Assembly (NCBI GenBank): GCA_965206645.1
Contig: CBDBKE010000004.1
Span: forward strand, 480,001-544,000
Source: Terriglobia bacterium
GTDB lineage: Bacteria > Acidobacteriota > Terriglobia > JAJPHL01 > JAPKYU01
Length of the DNA: 64,000 nt
Reading direction: 5' to 3'
Numbering within the stretch: the stretch's first letter is position 1; every line of letters starts with the position of its first letter. The translations under genes were made by a program, and so were the position numbers. Shown here one piece after another: positions 60,369-64,000 of this stretch. A model generated the notes under the pieces. It had not been told where the DNA came from, searched no databases, and saw only the letters and a program-made list of their open reading frames with translations.

Positions 60369-63300
60369 CAGTCTGCCTTGGCTCCTGTAATCGCCTTCAC
60401 TTCGGCCAATAAATCGCCGAACTTGCCGTAATTGACCTTTACTCCATCGTCGAGATCGAGGCCGATGCGTTGGTCCGCATAATGGCGCAGCTTTTCGTCA
60501 AACTCCCGAAGCTCCGATTGTTGCTTGACCAGTGTCGCCCTCTCCTTCTCCAGCCGCTTGCGGTGAGCCGTCAAGGCTGTGGCGGCATCCTCCTCCAGCC
60601 GGCGAACACGGGAAGCCATCATGCCTTGCAGCGGGATCACGTACTCGGTACGCACTCGGGCCAGTGTGCCTTCGTTGTAGCGGTGCAGGTAGACGAGGCA
60701 CTGGAAAGCCTTCTGCTTGCCGCTCGAGAAGAGCCAGTAGATGGGTCGCTTCTTGTAGGTCTGCAGATGCTCCTTGAAGAAGCTGTCGCAGAGGTAGCGG
60801 CGAAGAGTCTCGCGGCTCGACTCGTTGTTCCTTGGTGAGAGGTTGTCGGCCAGGAAGGCAAGGTTCTCTTCGAAGCCGGACGCATCCCAGGCCGACGACA
60901 TGAACCCGATGAGGCGGTGGCAGGCATCGTCTTCGAACCACTCGGTGTCGGTGAGCGGGATAATCCCGTCTGAGTCGGCAGGGAACTTGGTGTAGCGAGT
61001 TGCATCGAAGTCCGCGTTGCCGCTGTGGGCGTAGATGAGGCCCGGCACGTCCAGGCTGTAGCGACCCATCATGCAGCCAATGGCATAGGAGACCAACTCT
61101 TTCATTGTGTCCTGGCGGAAAGCGAGTCCACCTCTTTTCTTCGGTGAGATTACCGCCGTAGCGGTAGGCCGGGTTCAGCGTCAGAGTAATCTGCTCGATG
61201 GGAACATCAGGGGTGAGTTCGTCTGCCAAACCGTAGGCGTCGATGAAGAGGCGATTGTTCTCCTCTTCGAGGCGCTTCATCTCGGCGATCGTGTTGCGGT
61301 TCCGCGTGACCCAGGCGGTGTAACTGGACTCAATGGTCGGTGTGGGTTCCGAGGATGCCGTCAGGATGGAGGGGGATTCGAAGTCCCACGAGGTTTCCCA
61401 AATATCCCAATCGGATTTGGCAAGTGCCACAAGCCGGTCGAAGACTGCATTCGGAACTGAAACATAAGGTAATTTCCGCAGGTGCTCGGCTTCATAGTTC
61501 AGGGTTGGCGATAGGGCTTTGAGGTAGTAGGCGGAGACTTTCGAGTTGAGTAATCCCGCAATCGCTGCCATATCTTCTCTGTTTTCTGGAAACAGGGCAG
61601 AACCAGCAACGTCGAAAATAAAACCAAATGGGTACAACCTGATCGAGAATGAGCCCGAGGAAATCTTTGACCAGCTTAATTGTTGTTTGAAGTAACAATT
61701 CTGATTCTTTAGCCGCCCCCCAGGACTTGTTTTGTTCAAGATGTCATGAAAGGCGCGTATTTCTTCGCCATCATTCTTGAAATTAACGACAACATCCTGA
61801 TTTCCGTACCAACGACGAAACTGTCCACCTTTGTTGTATGGGAACCACTTGCAGTCTGAGGCTGATGCTCGCTCTCGAGATTGGAATGTGAAGCCAATTT
61901 CAGTATTCGGAACTTCGGCCCAAAACCTCAAGAAGCGATCGTTGTCAGAAGTTGTAGCGCCCTGTTTGGGAACAGCGATTTGCTCGAGTAGGACTGATAG
62001 CGAGTAATTGTCCCTGGCTACTTGGCTCACCCAATAAGCCAGCGGACTGCCGAGGATTTTCTTGAACTCGTCCTGGGCGGCTTCAAAGAACCAACCGCAG
62101 TAGCGGTTTCGAATGGCCTCCAGTACCCTCGGTGCCTGGCTGTCCGAACCTCGGAAATCAGAGAGCCGGATGAAGCATCCTTTCTGCAAGGCCACATGGC
62201 CCCTCTGCAGCGTGAACGTACAGATGGGCACGGTCGCGCCCTCAAAACCAGAATATTCGAGTTGGACCAAAGAAGTGATCGTCTCCTCGTCGATAAGCCG
62301 TGTTCGCAGATGTTCATGACTTGAGATGAACATCCACACGAACGGCGACATGAAGCCCAAACGCCCATGCGGCTTGCTAAACGCGAGGTCACGGTCGATG
62401 AAGGCCGAGAACACGTCCTTTTCGTAACCCTTGTAATGGTCTTTCAGGAACTTCTTGAGGATCGGAATATGAAACTTACTTCCCATATACGGCGGATTCG
62501 CCACCACCGCGTCGTATTGTGCCGCCAGTATCTCGGCTTCCCGCACCAACAGCCCCAACCGCTTGAGTGCATCCGACACAAACAGATCCCGGCCAGTCAC
62601 TTCGCTCAGCTGCTTCAGCGACTGTAGCTTCGCCGCCAGTCCCTCCGGCACCTGGATTAGCGATCCGAAGGTAGTAGCATGCTCAAACAGCCGTTTCAGT
62701 TCCGTCAGGTCGCCTAGCTGAAGCCCGTAGTCGGCAAGCTTCACACGCTGAGCCAGCCGCTCTGCAACGAAGCCCGTGCTGTCCACGAGTGCCATCACGT
62801 TGAGTTTTATACCTCGCTCAAACAGCCGCCGGTCATCAGCCCGCCCCTTCATCATCAGAGCAAAGCCCGCGAGCTGCGCCGCCCGCCCGTCGATGTCGAG
62901 ACCGAAGAGGTTCTTCTCCAGGATCAGCTGAGCCACACCGCGCTTCTGGTAACCGCGCTCCAGGTAGATGGCCTTGAACAGATCATAAGCCTCCACCAGG
63001 ATGTGCCCGGAGCCACTGGCCGGGTCGATGAGGGTCAGTGCCTCGGGGTTGAGCGTGTCGGGCGTAATGGCAGCAAGTTGCGCGGTGACCTCGTCGCTCT
63101 GCTCGGCGGGCTCGATGTAGTAGTCCATCTGCCCTCTGATTGAGGAGTGCGGATAGGTCGCCAGCCACTGCGCCCCCAGCGAGTTCTGGACCATGTATTT
63201 CACAATCCAGTTGGGCGTGAAGAGTTGCGTCGCTGCCGGAATGTCTTCGGAGGCCACCACCTTGCCAATGACCTGGTCTTTCTTCTCCGAGATGTAGAAT

Positions 63301-63935
63301 TGGTAGAGCCAGCCGATGATCTCGATCTGCCCCCAGGCGCTCTCGTCAATGCCCTCAACCAGTTGACGGATCAACGAGTCGGTATGGAGCAGGTTGGCGG
63401 GCAGCAGCAACTCGGTCTCATCCCCGATGCGCTCAAAGAGAAAGGGCATTGCCTGGTGCAGGGCGTTGCACTGGGCCATGAGGAGCAGCCGGTAGAGCTC
63501 TTCGTCTTTGCTGCCGTCGAGCTTCAACTCCACAGCTTTCTCCCGGTCGAGGCCCGGCAGATCGACATCGGCAGCATGCTCAAGAATCTCTGGCTGGTCC
63601 TGTCCCTCGGGATGACTCAGAGCGCGGTAGCCGTGGTCCAGGTAACCGTGCAGCTCCATGTAACGTATGGCTGCGAAGCGGTTGAACCACGTATAGGCCA
63701 TTACCTCCATGACCTGCTCGAAGCCGTCGCGCCGGATCCGTTCTTCCAGGCGCTTGCGCGGTCCCGCCACATTGCGGGAAAAGGCATGTGCTCCGATCAG
63801 AGCCACATCGCCCTGCTCTACAATCGGCTCAATGCTTTTGGCGGTCAGGCCGTAAAACGCCGCTCGCCCGGTTACAGCCGCGATAAAATCGCGCCGGGCT
63901 TGTTGGGCATAGGCTTCGAGGTTGTTGCGATTCAT
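60368..63935 (-). pseudogene. pglX: BREX adenine methyltransferase PglX, +1 frameshift near 61120
   Basis: TQLFTP, DPASGSGH, ANPPY, YNKGG, then KRPIYW and DLDDGVKVNY in the shifted frame. Confidence 0.9.
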
Positions 63936-63952
63936 GCTGTATTGGCTTCGGT

Positions 63953-64000
63953 TTAACGGATTTCTATGCGCTCGTTTTTAGCCAGCGCATCGGCCAGTTC
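63953..64000 (-). CDS. Probable C-terminal tail of BrxC (runs off the window)
   Basis: ELADALAKNERIEIR* directly upstream of pglX, the canonical brxC position. Confidence 0.55.
   Translation of the reverse strand, partial: ELADALAKNERIEIR

Noticed and set aside
36786-64000. Distal att site of ICE2 (displaced tRNA 5' fragment)
   Set aside because: Searched by eye for CTGAGCTAGTCGCCC and the anticodon arm and did not find them. It may be deleted at IS3 copy 2 or lie outside the window.

Overview
High-GC accessory region. Gene content (LRR/FN3/Calx-beta surface protein, HU, integrase type) suggests Acidobacteria or a similar lineage; this is inference. It has three parts. (1) 1-4750 is IS debris (IS1380, IS5/IS903-group, IS3) around a vsr gene and a truncated ATPase. 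(2) About 4751-36800 holds two related but non-identical VirB/VirD4 integrative conjugative elements in mirror-image orientation, converging on one tRNA-Val(CAC) gene at 19984-20060. Each has ardC, a PD-(D/E)XK relaxase candidate, virB2-B3-B4-B9-B10-B5-B6-B8, a wHTH gene X, a structured origin-like region, virD4, virB11, xis and int. Their innermost integrase arm-type repeats lie 112 and 113 bp either side of the anticodon centre. This suggests both integrases use the anticodon loop in opposite orientations, one restoring the tRNA 3' half and the other the 5' half. Comparing the two copies also reveals an iteron-like array that changes in step with gene X, and a branched hairpin with compensatory substitutions. 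(3) About 38000-64000 contains a truncated surface protein, two more copies of a 1250-bp IS3, and a defence island: an Azaca-like unknown/PLD/SNF2-helicase operon, HU, a TcmP-DUF5131 pair, and the distal half of a type 1 BREX locus (brxC tail, pglX, pglZ, brxL). Several single-base frameshifts may be decay or sequencing error. All calls are by eye, from motifs; no database searches were run.
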